Below, piece after piece: positions 36,435 through 46,680 of a stretch of 64,000 nucleotides of DNA. Under the pieces are notes generated by a model. The model had not been told where the DNA came from, searched no databases, and saw nothing but the letters and a program-made list of their open reading frames with translations. The translations under genes were made by a program, and so were the position numbers. Positions within the stretch are counted from its first letter, which is position 1. Each line of letters opens with the position of its first letter. The stretch comes from Bacteroidota bacterium (GTDB lineage: Bacteria; Bacteroidota; Ignavibacteria; UBA10030): positions 1,953-65,952 of the forward strand of contig JBEKOB010000009.1 in the NCBI GenBank assembly GCA_049522195.1, given 5' to 3'.

Positions 36435-37454
36435 GTGCAGCTCATCGGGCTTGGGCGGCATTGACTCGCCATTCTTTTTTGTCCCGCCGTTCGACGCATT
36501 GAAGCGGTCATAGGCGTCGATGATGTCCTTCACCAAGCGGTGCCGCACAACATCATTTCGATCGAAATACGCATAACCCACCCCCTGAATCGACTTCAGG
36601 ATGTCCTGGATCTGCACCAGGCCCGATACGGTCGACTGCGGAAGATCTATCTGCGTAACATCCCCCGTTATCACCGCCCGCGAGTGTGCTCCAAGACGTG
36701 TGAGGAACATTTTCATCTGCATCGCTGTAGCATTTTGCGCTTCGTCGAGGATGACGAAAGCGTTATGCAGGGTGCGCCCCCGCATATAGGCGAGCGGAAC
36801 GATTTCAATGATGCGCTTCTCCATATAGCTGCGAAATCTCTCCGCCGAGAGCATATCATCGAGTGCATCATACAGCGGTCGAAGGTACGGATCGACCTTC
36901 TCCTGGAGGTCGCCTGGAAGAAATCCAAGATTCTCCCCAGCTTCCACAGCAGGTCGCGCAAGGACGACTTTTGTAACGTCCCTGTTTTTGAGCGCAGCGA
37001 CGGCCATCGCCACAGCAAGATAGGTTTTCCCCGTACCGGCCGGACCGATCGCAAATACAATATCATTCTTCCGGATCTGTTGAATGTACACCTTCTGACC
37101 GGGCGTACGCGGTTTGATGATCCCCACCTTGGTGTAGAGTATCGCGAAATCGGAATCTTCTGCAGAGATTTGCCGTGGGGCCTCGGGGACTGAGCCATTG
37201 ACCGTCACAAGATCAATGACCGTGTCCACGTCGTTTGGGGCGAGGTTGCCGTTTTTGTTGAGGATGTAAATCAGTTCTTTGAAAATCTTTTCAACTTTCG
37301 CCGTCTCCCCATCTGCACCCCGCACTGTCAGGAGGTCGCCTCTGACGGTAATCGTTGCATCGAAGCGATCCTCTATGAGCTGGAGGTTGGCGTCGTTGAA
37401 TCCAAGTAGTTGCATGGTATCGACGCCGGCAAGCAGCACTTTTCGTTCAGCCAA
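36426..37454 (-). CDS. phoH: PhoH-family ATPase
   Basis: GPAGTGKT, RPAVEAGENLGFLPG, AYMRGRT, DEAQN, GDVTQIDL. Confidence 0.95.
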   Translation of the reverse strand: MAERKVLLAGVDTMQLLGFNDANLQLIEDRFDATITVRGDLLTVRGADGETAKVEKIFKELIYILNKNGNLAPNDVDTVIDLVTVNGSVPEAPRQISAEDSDFAILYTKVGIIKPRTPGQKVYIQQIRKNDIVFAIGPAGTGKTYLAVAMAVAALKNRDVTKVVLARPAVEAGENLGFLPGDLQEKVDPYLRPLYDALDDMLSAERFRSYMEKRIIEIVPLAYMRGRTLHNAFVILDEAQNATAMQMKMFLTRLGAHSRAVITGDVTQIDLPQSTVSGLVQIQDILKSIQGVGYAYFDRNDVVRHRLVKDIIDAYDRFNASNGGTKKNGESMPPKPDELHSS

Positions 37455-37483
37455 ACCGATATGCCTCCCGAGGGTTCCACCTC

Positions 37484-37533
37484 AAAAAAGCGAAACGCCC
37501 TCGCACCCGCACAGTGGTGCGGAGAGGGCGTTT
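37484..37533 (-). terminator. Intrinsic terminator after the LysM gene
   Basis: GAAACGCCCTC...GAGGGCGTTTC stem followed by GCTTTTTT on the minus strand. Confidence 0.7.
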
Positions 37534-37584
37534 CAAAGACGTATACGCTCGTGTATTCAACAAATCGACGGAAGTAGTACTCCC

Positions 37585-38361
37585 TTACTTCTTGACTGGA
37601 GCTGCCGGCTTCGCTGCAGGCTCTTCGGCTGCCTTCTTCTTGTTCCAGTATGACCGGACGGCTGACTTTTCTTCCTTCGACAGTTCAGCTTTCGGAGGAA
37701 TGGTCAGAACCTGCCCCTTCTTGATCACGTCGGGGTTCTTGATCTTGTCCTTGTTCCCCTGCCAGATCTTCGGCCACAGGAATGCGTTGTCATAAATTTT
37801 CGGCTTCTTTGCGATGTTCCAGAGGCAATCCCGGTCTTTCGCCCATGTACCAACCGTGTAGGTCATCGCCATCTGAGCGGATTCAAGAGTCTTGCGGAGC
37901 GCATCGAGACGATTCTGCTCTTCCTTGATCCGGTCAAAGTACTTCGGCAAGGCGCTGAGCTTGTTCTTCTTTACTTCATCCAGCATCTTCTGGACATCAT
38001 CAATCTCACCCTTGCGGGCCCAGAGGTCCTGGTTGGACAGACGGGACAGCTCGTTGATCTTTCCATCGATCTGATCGAGCTTTGCTGCAAATGCACGCTC
38101 GGAGGCGGCATCCGCACCGACGAGAGCCATGATGTCTTCGTTGCATTTCTTAAGCGCTGCTGCTTTGTCGGCATCTTCCTGTTTCAACTTGTCAACTTCG
38201 GTCTGCAACGCGGTCAACTTATTCTTGAGCTCATTCCGTGTGGCAGTAAGTTCAGTGATCTGTTTCTGCCACTCTTCTTTTGTCATTTCCTGTGCAGCGG
38301 CGTACGAGCACACATAGAGCACTAAGGCCGCCACGAGGATTACACGATTCATAACTTTCAT
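37585..38361 (-). CDS. Secreted coiled-coil protein with a C-terminal LysM domain
   Basis: Signal peptide, long heptad region, YTV...DCLWNIAK...WPKIWQGNKDKIKNPDVIKKGQVLTIP. Confidence 0.88.
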   Translation of the reverse strand: MKVMNRVILVAALVLYVCSYAAAQEMTKEEWQKQITELTATRNELKNKLTALQTEVDKLKQEDADKAAALKKCNEDIMALVGADAASERAFAAKLDQIDGKINELSRLSNQDLWARKGEIDDVQKMLDEVKKNKLSALPKYFDRIKEEQNRLDALRKTLESAQMAMTYTVGTWAKDRDCLWNIAKKPKIYDNAFLWPKIWQGNKDKIKNPDVIKKGQVLTIPPKAELSKEEKSAVRSYWNKKKAAEEPAAKPAAPVKK

Positions 38362-38390
38362 GGTCATTCTCCTTGGTAGTAGGCCTTAGA

Positions 38391-38651
38391 TTACATTCCC
38401 TTTAGACGCTCTTGGACGAGCGCTTTATCTTTTTCACATTGCGCCAGCTGAGCTGTCTTGTCGGCGATGGCCTTCATCAACGCTGCCTTCTCCGAATCTT
38501 TTGCAGAGATTTCTCGCTGCAAGGACGCCACCTCGGCCTTCAAGTCCTCCAATTGCTTCAACTCTGCGGCACTTGGCTTACTCGTGCAGCCGCTTGCCAA
38601 TGTCGCCAGCAGAGCGCCTGCAACAAATAGACCAGCATATGATTTCTTCAT
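38391..38651 (-). CDS. Small coiled-coil lipoprotein
   Basis: MKKSY...LASGC lipobox, then a continuous heptad pattern. Confidence 0.8.
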   Translation of the reverse strand: MKKSYAGLFVAGALLATLASGCTSKPSAAELKQLEDLKAEVASLQREISAKDSEKAALMKAIADKTAQLAQCEKDKALVQERLKGM

Positions 38652-38711
38652 AAGAACTTCTCCTATGTATTCAAGAGCATGATCCGGCAATCAGAAATCC
38701 AATTCTGGAGA

Positions 38712-38740
38712 ATGATACGCATTCAAGCCCTCAAAGTCAA
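38712..38740 (-). promoter_or_regulatory. Near-consensus sigma70 promoter of the lipoprotein-LysM operon
   Basis: TTGACT-N17-TATCAT. Confidence 0.65.
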
Positions 38741-38777
38741 GAAAAAGTGACCTGTTAAATGTTTTTAAGTGTTGAGC

Positions 38778-39503
38778 TTACAGTAGACCGCGTTGAGCGA
38801 AACTTGAGAATTGTGCGCCGCCGATGATGACGTGGTCATAGACAGGAATTCCCAGAATCTTGCCCGCTTCAGTTAATTGCTTTGTGATGGCAAGGTCTTC
38901 CTGGCTTGGTTCAGGATTGCCGCTTGGGTGATTGTGCACAAAAATCACGCTCGCAGCTTTCTCCTTCAGGGCGTCGGCGAAGCACTCACGCGGGTGGACC
39001 AACGACGAGTTGAGCGTTCCACTGGTGATCCGGAGATCGCGCATCAGATGATTCGAAGTGGTCAGAAGCAGAGCCCAGAACTCCTCATGCCGGAGATCAC
39101 GAAGCCTTGGTGAGAAAATGCGCGCCACATCTTCGGGGGCCTGCAGGATCGGATGATCTGTTCCGTCACTTGCAGGCAAACGGCGCAGGAGCTCGAACGC
39201 GGCCACGAGACTCGCGGCTCGAACCCTGCCGATGCCGAGATGGCTGAAATCAACCACCGACATCCTGGCAAGGTCTCTGAGCGATCGATGATCGGAAAGA
39301 AGTTTCTTTGCGAGGTCAACGGCGGTGACACCTTTGGAGCCGGAGCGGAGGAGAATTGCGAGGAGTTCGGCTTCGGAGAGAGCTGCCGGTCCATGTCTGG
39401 TTAACTTTTCTCGAGGACGCTCCCCTGCGGGCCACTGCTTGATGGTGGTGTGATAGTATGAGGGCTCAAACACCTTCCGTTCAGTGTGGTTGCCGGACTT
39501 CAT
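38778..39503 (-). CDS. radC: RadC/JAB-domain protein
   Basis: ERPREKL, ELLAILLRSG, VHPRE, HNHPSGNPEPSQED, DHVIIG. Confidence 0.95.
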   Translation of the reverse strand: MKSGNHTERKVFEPSYYHTTIKQWPAGERPREKLTRHGPAALSEAELLAILLRSGSKGVTAVDLAKKLLSDHRSLRDLARMSVVDFSHLGIGRVRAASLVAAFELLRRLPASDGTDHPILQAPEDVARIFSPRLRDLRHEEFWALLLTTSNHLMRDLRITSGTLNSSLVHPRECFADALKEKAASVIFVHNHPSGNPEPSQEDLAITKQLTEAGKILGIPVYDHVIIGGAQFSSFAQRGLL

Positions 39504-39508
39504 GCCAC

Positions 39509-41524
39509 CTATTCGATGCCGGTAATCGCCTTCCGGCTCACATCGATCTCGCCGATCTTCTTGATGACTCTTCCTTTGAACTGCATCAGCGTAAGACAGG
39601 AATTGACTCGCCTTGAATCGAAACTGATCTTTGAATGAACGCCTTGAAATGTCCGGGCAGTACTCAACGCCGATACGATCTCTTCCCGGTGCGTCGCGCC
39701 TTGCCGCACAGTCCGCAGAAGCAGCTTCATGGCGTCATAGCCGATCATCGCGTTGAGCGGAGGATCCTTGGAATACTTCGCCTTAAACTGCCGGGCGAAC
39801 GACTGGTATTGTTGATTGATCTCTTCCCAGTACGCATCCGTCGCAAAAATTACCCCGTTCGCATACTGTCTGTTCTGATCCAGTTCTGAGGCATCATTCC
39901 AATTGCCCGCTCCAAGCAGCTGGGTCTGGAAATTGAAGTACCGGAGCTGAGGCGCGACGATGCCAATTTCTTCTGGTCCCGTCATCGACGCGAACAAGGC
40001 ATCAATGCCTGTGACGGGACAACCAAGGCTGTCATACTTTGCCTTAGCACGCTGCGTCGGGATTTTCATCGAGTCAGCAATCCTCACTCCATCGTCCCCG
40101 AAAAGTGTCGTGACATCGACGAGTGCGCCCGACATCGTGAGCGAATCGAGAACCGGCTGAGGCACGCCCCACGTTGCCATACGCTTGAGGTCAACGGGAC
40201 GCTGCTTTACGCCAAAGTTGATCACCGTCGGCTCGGACAGCTGCATCCCTCGTTTCCGCATTACCGCGAGCCTGCTACGAAGATCGGTCTCCCCCGGCTG
40301 GTACCATTCCACGTCGACGAGCTGGCCGCCAAGGTCTTTCACTTCGCTGACGAAGGCATCCGCAATAATCCTGCTGACCGTGTCGGACGATGCAAGGACG
40401 GCTAACCGAGTGGCTCCAAGTGCCAGCACAGCATACTGTGCCATTGCACGCCCCCGCACGACAAAATCCGGATTCGCCTGGAACACCGACTCCCCGATCG
40501 CCGCGATCCCGACGGATGTGGCCGTAGGTGTAATGAGCGGAATTCCTTTTCTCGCTGCAAGGCCCGCACTCGAAAACACTTCGTTGCTAAACACTGGCCC
40601 AACGATTGCCAAGGTCTGATCATCTGCACTCAACTCTGACACCTGCCGTGCCGCGACTCCTGCATCGCGCTCAGAATCCCTTACCTCGAGATTCACTTTC
40701 GGCATAGCATCCGCATTGTACTCGTCAACTGCCACGTGCATGCCATCAAGCAATTCCTGACCAACACCCATCGCGCTGGATTGATCTGATCTGAACGACA
40801 ACGGAAGCACTACACCAATTCTGAGCACACCGCTCCGGTCAATGCGCTGAAGCATGGCCTGGGCTTCGCTGAAGTACGGATTCGGTTTCGGCAATGCGAG
40901 CACGCCTCGCAGCAGCGTCCTTGCTTCATTCGCATCACCGGTTCGCAACACCTTGTCTGCAAGTTGGACAGTGAGAAGTCCCTTGGTCACCGTCAGCTTC
41001 GCAATTCCCAGGAGTTCACGAATATCAGCGGCTTCCAAATTCGCAGAAGCTACGACTCCCAACATCTTTTCGGCACGGGCGGCCAATACGGTGTCGTTTG
41101 AGGCCTGACACGCCACGAGGAACTCTTCTGCCGCCTGCTTGTATTGCTCAAGCTGGTACGAATCGAGCGCAAGGGTATAGGCGGCATCGTCAGCATATTC
41201 CGACTTGTCAAACCGGTTGAAAAACTTTCGGAGCAGGGAAACGGATGATCGGTAGTCGCCAAGATGGTAGAGGGATTTAGCTCCCATCAGGTAGGAAGCG
41301 CTCGTGCGATGCGTTGTTTCAGGCAGATCGGCGATACGCTGAAATGCTTCCAGTGCCGTACGGAAATGGTGGTCCTCAAATTGCCTGAGGGCTTCCTGGA
41401 AACTCCGTTCAACTGAAGATCTGTACAGAACAGAGTCCGGACCGGAGATCTGGCTGAAGGCCGGCGGGACGATCGAACTGGACAGGACAAAGCAAAAAAT
41501 CAGGAGAAGACGACGGTTCAACAT
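39509..41524 (-). CDS. TPR plus type-1 periplasmic-binding-fold protein (LpoA-like / ABC substrate-binding-like)
   Basis: Signal peptide, TPR-like N-terminus, RIGVVLPLS, IVGPVFS, GYDAM, FQGVHSKISF. Confidence 0.7.
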   Translation of the reverse strand: MLNRRLLLIFCFVLSSSIVPPAFSQISGPDSVLYRSSVERSFQEALRQFEDHHFRTALEAFQRIADLPETTHRTSASYLMGAKSLYHLGDYRSSVSLLRKFFNRFDKSEYADDAAYTLALDSYQLEQYKQAAEEFLVACQASNDTVLAARAEKMLGVVASANLEAADIRELLGIAKLTVTKGLLTVQLADKVLRTGDANEARTLLRGVLALPKPNPYFSEAQAMLQRIDRSGVLRIGVVLPLSFRSDQSSAMGVGQELLDGMHVAVDEYNADAMPKVNLEVRDSERDAGVAARQVSELSADDQTLAIVGPVFSNEVFSSAGLAARKGIPLITPTATSVGIAAIGESVFQANPDFVVRGRAMAQYAVLALGATRLAVLASSDTVSRIIADAFVSEVKDLGGQLVDVEWYQPGETDLRSRLAVMRKRGMQLSEPTVINFGVKQRPVDLKRMATWGVPQPVLDSLTMSGALVDVTTLFGDDGVRIADSMKIPTQRAKAKYDSLGCPVTGIDALFASMTGPEEIGIVAPQLRYFNFQTQLLGAGNWNDASELDQNRQYANGVIFATDAYWEEINQQYQSFARQFKAKYSKDPPLNAMIGYDAMKLLLRTVRQGATHREEIVSALSTARTFQGVHSKISFDSRRVNSCLTLMQFKGRVIKKIGEIDVSRKAITGIE

Positions 41525-41532
41525 TATGGCAC

Positions 41533-42438
41533 TCAGGATTGCAGAGTTTGGGATTGTTTGAGTTCGCGAGTCCCCTGCAGTGCCCGGACGTGATGAGGCT
41601 CGAGTCGGAGAGCCTGTTCAAAGAGCTCGCGCGCCCTCAGGTAATCACCCCTGCGGAGAAAGAGAAATCCAAAATCGACGACGGCGTCTGTCAGCTGGGG
41701 GTTCAACTCCAGCGCCTTACGGAGATATCGTTCAGCTTCATCGAGCTTGTGAAGCGCCAACAGCGCCTCACCGCACATGTGCCACGCCCGCGGCTCATTC
41801 GGGTCCATCTCGATGGCAATGACGAATTCATCGTGCGCCTTCCGCCAGTCGTACATCTTCGCATACGCTGTGCCGAGCATATAGTGAGCGATCCAGCTGA
41901 ATTGTTCATTCGCGATTGCCTCCTTCAGGCAATCGGTGGCTTCCGCATACGCCCCTCTGCGCAGGAGCAGCTCGCCGAGCGACTCATTGATCTTTGGGAA
42001 TCGTGGATCAATGCGGCGCGCGGCGCGAAAGTGGATCTCAGCCAGCCGGATATTGTCGCGATAGTAGTACGCAAGGGCGGCATTAAAATTCAGATGAGCG
42101 CGAAGATCCTTGTTCAGCGTCTGCGGATGGCCGAGAAGCTTTTTGTAGTAGGTCAGCGCCTTCGCGTAATCGTTGAGCTTGAGATACAGGTTTCCCGCGA
42201 GGAAAAGAATTTCCTGCGGCTCGGTGCTTGTCGAGACAGCCCGAAGCAGCGTCTTCTCCGCCGCATCAAACTGTTTGAGCTCAAACTGAACGTAGGCGAG
42301 TTCGACCCACGCGATGTCGAGCGACGGCGCGGCAGCGGTAATTCTGTAATACAGTTGGAGAGCGTGCAGGAGCTTTCGCTCATCTACGAGCGATCGTGCC
42401 TGATCCAGCCACTGCGACAGTGTCGGTTCGTCTATCAT
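41533..42438 (-). CDS. Tetratricopeptide repeat protein
   Basis: Several TPR motifs (AERYLRKALELNP, ARELFEQALRLEP). Confidence 0.85.
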   Translation of the reverse strand: MIDEPTLSQWLDQARSLVDERKLLHALQLYYRITAAAPSLDIAWVELAYVQFELKQFDAAEKTLLRAVSTSTEPQEILFLAGNLYLKLNDYAKALTYYKKLLGHPQTLNKDLRAHLNFNAALAYYYRDNIRLAEIHFRAARRIDPRFPKINESLGELLLRRGAYAEATDCLKEAIANEQFSWIAHYMLGTAYAKMYDWRKAHDEFVIAIEMDPNEPRAWHMCGEALLALHKLDEAERYLRKALELNPQLTDAVVDFGFLFLRRGDYLRARELFEQALRLEPHHVRALQGTRELKQSQTLQS

Positions 42439-42475
42439 ACTGGCAGAAGATAGAGATTGAGAGACTGAATTGCAA

Positions 42476-44179
42476 TCAGAAATCCCTTTGCAGAGATCGC
42501 AGACCCACAACGAGAGCAAACGCACTGAGTGCGGCAGACAGCATGTAGAGGGTCGTTGCAGGTGCAACGATGGTGGAAATGTCAAACGGGAGAAACTGAA
42601 ACAACGATTGGAAATACTCTGTCAATGGAATGATGACGATCGACACCAGGGTCATCAAGTAGACAAGAGACATCAGGAACGTCAGCGTCGCTCCCTGTGA
42701 TGATGCAATCCGGATCGGGTTCTTCTCTTTGAAGTTTGCAAAATAGCCACCAAGCCCGAGGTTGAGCGACACAAGGGTCAGCGATACCCAGAATGCGCTG
42801 TAGACGCCGAAGTACATCAGGATAGGACGGCGCTCAGACATCCGTACAAACGGCGCGTTCGAAAACACCGCAACGAGCAGCGCAAGGGTCAAGACAATGA
42901 AAAATCCGATTGTGAACTTGATAAGATACGGCTTCTTCAAGTCCAGCGGTGCGCTGAGCTGGGTCCAGAATGATTTTCCTTCAATGCTGATTGCAGGGAA
43001 CAGGAATCGAAGCGCCAGTGAACAGCTGAGGAAGCCTCCAAACGCGTAGAGAATGAGATAGCCGACCGTCTGGATCTCGGTGACTCGCAGTTTCAGGTTG
43101 AGGTTGCCGACACTCACAGCAAAGACACCGACAAGCACAATCATCAGCGCCAGGTGAATCCACTGGCTCGATTCACGGAAGAACTGGAAATACTCCTTCT
43201 TGAGCAGAACTTCCATCTGAGGCCGCAATGAAGACGTTCTGCGAAAATCGAACACCTTCATCCGCTTCCCGGACTGAACAGTATTGCTCCTCGCCTGAAA
43301 CTCGAACGTAACGAGCCAGCTCTTATAATAGAAACGGTGTGCCACATAGAGAACTACTCCAAACATTGCAGCGGTGAGGAGAAACAGTCGGGCTCCGTGG
43401 ATGAAGGCGAGAGCACTGTTTCCCCGTGCAATGTAGAACAACACATTGGATACCCATGCGTTGGGAAGGTTGGCAAGAATTCCCGAATCGAGTCCCATCA
43501 TGGATGCGCTGGTATCAAGGTTCAATCGCTGCCCGTATTCAACCAGCTCAATCGGGTTTGAGTATCTGAAGAACAGCGCGACCATGGCAATGTACAGGAT
43601 CGCCAGGCCAGACATAACCTTCCGGAATCCCCACCTGCTTGCCACTTTCATGAGCGACATGAGAATCAGGACGGCAACGCAGGCGGACAGGAAGAGATAC
43701 GGCAGAAGAACAAAAAACATGACCGCGAGAAATGTCAGCGCTGAGTATCCGAAGTACGCACCGTACCCGAGAAGCGCCATGAAAACCATCAGAAAGAATG
43801 TGGCTGAGCTGTACAGAAAATTATCGAGAAATTTCAGGACAAAGATCTGCGTAAAGGAGACGGGCTTCGTGAAGAGATAACCTACTTCTGAAGACTTGTA
43901 GAGCGTTGAATACGATACGATGATGTTCCCCATGTTTACAGAGACGAACAGCACAAACAACATCATCGAGATGAAGCGGTGATAGACAAAAAGGCCGATC
44001 CTGGTTTGTTCGATGACGCTTTTCGTGACAGCGTATGCCAGAAGATACGCGGCGATCGAGAACGCTCCGAACACAGCGAGCGAACCAAATCCCCTGACGG
44101 CAGTCACCAATCTTCTGTCAAATGTCGACTTGATGAAAGAAAGGAACTTGTATTTCAGAATGTGGAAGAATATTCCCAT
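42476..44179 (-). CDS. Putative ABC exporter permease
   Basis: Many TMs, FPAISIEGKSFW motif, directly after an ABC ATPase. Confidence 0.8.
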   Translation of the reverse strand: MGIFFHILKYKFLSFIKSTFDRRLVTAVRGFGSLAVFGAFSIAAYLLAYAVTKSVIEQTRIGLFVYHRFISMMLFVLFVSVNMGNIIVSYSTLYKSSEVGYLFTKPVSFTQIFVLKFLDNFLYSSATFFLMVFMALLGYGAYFGYSALTFLAVMFFVLLPYLFLSACVAVLILMSLMKVASRWGFRKVMSGLAILYIAMVALFFRYSNPIELVEYGQRLNLDTSASMMGLDSGILANLPNAWVSNVLFYIARGNSALAFIHGARLFLLTAAMFGVVLYVAHRFYYKSWLVTFEFQARSNTVQSGKRMKVFDFRRTSSLRPQMEVLLKKEYFQFFRESSQWIHLALMIVLVGVFAVSVGNLNLKLRVTEIQTVGYLILYAFGGFLSCSLALRFLFPAISIEGKSFWTQLSAPLDLKKPYLIKFTIGFFIVLTLALLVAVFSNAPFVRMSERRPILMYFGVYSAFWVSLTLVSLNLGLGGYFANFKEKNPIRIASSQGATLTFLMSLVYLMTLVSIVIIPLTEYFQSLFQFLPFDISTIVAPATTLYMLSAALSAFALVVGLRSLQRDF

Positions 44180-44200
44180 GTGCGCGCGAGCCCTCGCTCC

Positions 44201-44920
44201 TTACTTCGTCAGTTCGAGGAACACTGATTCGAACTTCCCGTCAAGCTTCTGCTTGTACGCCTGCAGGTGTTCCTGCGTTCCAAGGAACACCACCCGCCCG
44301 TCCTTGATGAATCCGACACGATCGCAAAGTTCTTCAGCGATCGGCAGACTGTGTGTCGACATGAAAATACTCACTCCCTGCCGCGCCATCATCTTGAGCG
44401 TTTCGCGGACAATCTTGACACTCTTGGGATCCAAGCCGATCATCGGCTCGTCGATGATCAGAACTCTGGGCTGGTGGACCAATGCGGCCGCGATCGTCAC
44501 CCTCTGCCGCATACCCTGCGAATAATCCTCCGTCCGCTTATCAACCCAATCCCCAATTTCAAAGTGCTCAATGACTTCTTCGATTTTCTCTGCAATCGCG
44601 CTCTTCTCCATCTTGTAGAGACCGCCAATGAAGTAGAGGAACTCTCTGCCGGTCAGCTTGTCATACAGGAACGGCTGATCGGGGACGTAGGACGTATAGG
44701 ATTTCGCTTTGATCGGCTCCTTGACCACATCAAAGCCGTTGATGAGAATCTCACCTTCGGTGGGAGAAAACAGTCCGGCCATCATCTTGATGGTGGTTGT
44801 TTTGCCCGCACCATTCGGACCAAGAAATCCAAAGAATTCCCCTGGCGGAACGACAAGCGAGATGTTGTCGACTGCTGTGAAGCTGCCGAACTTCTTTGTG
44901 ACGTTTCGAAGTTCAATCAT
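44201..44920 (-). CDS. ABC transporter ATP-binding protein
   Basis: GPNGAGKTT, YSQGMRQR, IIDEP, STH. Confidence 0.95.
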   Translation of the reverse strand: MIELRNVTKKFGSFTAVDNISLVVPPGEFFGFLGPNGAGKTTTIKMMAGLFSPTEGEILINGFDVVKEPIKAKSYTSYVPDQPFLYDKLTGREFLYFIGGLYKMEKSAIAEKIEEVIEHFEIGDWVDKRTEDYSQGMRQRVTIAAALVHQPRVLIIDEPMIGLDPKSVKIVRETLKMMARQGVSIFMSTHSLPIAEELCDRVGFIKDGRVVFLGTQEHLQAYKQKLDGKFESVFLELTK

Positions 44921-44987
44921 GAAATTCACTAATTGGTGATAGAGAATTGTTCCCGCGGTTCCGGACTCATCTGCTGACGAATCGCCC

Positions 44988-46541
44988 TCATTCCCACTCG
45001 ATGGTGGCAGGAGGCTTCGTGCTGATGTCGTACACTACGCGATTGATGCCGCGCAGCTCATTGGTGATACGATTTGAAATCTTTGCCAGCACATCGGATG
45101 GCATACGCGCCCAGTCCGCCGTCATTCCGTCGACACTTGTCACAGCCCGGAGGGCGACAGTGTACTCGTACGTCCTTCCATCCCCCATCACCCCCACAGA
45201 CTTAACCGGCAAAAGCACGACGAAAGCCTGCCAGATCTCGTTGTAGAGCCCGGCGTTCCTGATCTCTTCAATGAAAATATCGTCGGCCTCCCTCAGGAGG
45301 TCCAATTTCTCCTTCGTGATATCGCCAAGTACGCGCACAGCGAGGCCCGGACCCGGGAACGGGTGGCGTTCAATAAAGTGAGCCGGCAATCCAAGCATCT
45401 TCCCCACTTCACGGACTTCATCTTTAAAAAGCTCCCTGAATGGCTCAAGAAGCTTGAAGTTCATTTTCTCCGGCAGCCCGCCAACATTGTGATGCGTCTT
45501 GATGGTGACCGAAGGGCCTTTGAAGGAGGTCGACTCAATCACATCCGGGTAGAGTGTCCCTTGTGCGAGGTACTCGAATGCACCGTCGCTCCCCGCTATC
45601 TTCTTCGCCTCGAGTTCAAAGACCTCGATGAAGGTGTTGCCGATGATCTTGCGCTTCTTCTCCGGGTCGACCACTCCCTGGAGCCTCGTCAGAAATGTAT
45701 CCGACGCGTCAACATACGTCAGTTGGGTGTGGTACGTCTGGCGAAAGGTCTCGACAACCTGTTCGCTTTCCCCTTTCCGCATCAGGCCATTGTTGATGTG
45801 AATGCAATGAAGTTGATCGCCAATTGCGTCGTGGAGCAGCACTGCAAGGACCGATGAATCCACTCCTCCACTCAAAGCGCACAACACGCGCGACGCGCCG
45901 ATTCGCTCACGAATGTCTCGAGTGGATTGCTGAATGAAATGAGCGGGGGTCCAGTCCCCCTTGGCGCCGCACACATTGAAAAGGAAGTTTGCGAGCACCT
46001 TTTTCCCCTGCGGCGTATGTGCAACCTCAGGGTGAAACTGAACACCGAAGATTTTTTTCGACGGATTACGAATCGCGCAAATCGGGGCGTTATCGGAATG
46101 CGCGATCGGTTCGAACCCAGCCGGCATCTGGCTGAGCGAATCTCCATGGCTCATCCAGACCGTCGTCGAACCGTCAAGTCCCGCCAGCAGATCATCACCT
46201 TTGTCGACGTGCAAGACCGCTTTTCCGAATTCTCTCCGTGCGAATGGATCAACTTTGCCTCCCAGCTGCTCCGCAATCAACTGAAGTCCGTAGCAGATCC
46301 CCAGCACGGGGATCCCCAACTCAAGAACTTCTGGCGACGGCTTTGGCGCGCCAGACTCATAGACACTCGAAGGTCCCCCGGAAAGTATGATCCCGGTCGG
46401 ATGGAGATTTCGGATTTTCTCGATGGAAATATTGAAGGGATGGATTTCAGAATAAACGCCCAATTCACGCACGCGACGGGCGATAAGTTGGGTGTATTGG
46501 GAGCCAAAATCGAGAACGAGGAGTAGCTCGGAATGCGTCAT
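44988..46541 (-). CDS. guaA: GMP synthase (glutamine-hydrolysing)
   Basis: [43 protein letters not shown]. Confidence 0.98.
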   Translation of the reverse strand: MTHSELLLVLDFGSQYTQLIARRVRELGVYSEIHPFNISIEKIRNLHPTGIILSGGPSSVYESGAPKPSPEVLELGIPVLGICYGLQLIAEQLGGKVDPFARREFGKAVLHVDKGDDLLAGLDGSTTVWMSHGDSLSQMPAGFEPIAHSDNAPICAIRNPSKKIFGVQFHPEVAHTPQGKKVLANFLFNVCGAKGDWTPAHFIQQSTRDIRERIGASRVLCALSGGVDSSVLAVLLHDAIGDQLHCIHINNGLMRKGESEQVVETFRQTYHTQLTYVDASDTFLTRLQGVVDPEKKRKIIGNTFIEVFELEAKKIAGSDGAFEYLAQGTLYPDVIESTSFKGPSVTIKTHHNVGGLPEKMNFKLLEPFRELFKDEVREVGKMLGLPAHFIERHPFPGPGLAVRVLGDITKEKLDLLREADDIFIEEIRNAGLYNEIWQAFVVLLPVKSVGVMGDGRTYEYTVALRAVTSVDGMTADWARMPSDVLAKISNRITNELRGINRVVYDISTKPPATIEWE

Positions 46542-46680
46542 ACCCAAATATAGGAAAAATCCTCTTCATTCGAAAGGTTGCTATCACTGAGCGTTCCAGA
46601 CAGAAACCAACCTCGGCCGAGAACATTAGAGATTGGTTTGTGAAACAGAGTTCGCGTCCAGTCCATTCCAAGCGCACTCG

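Noticed and set aside
38778-39503. radC as a mobile-element marker
   Set aside because: It is the full-length chromosomal type among housekeeping genes.
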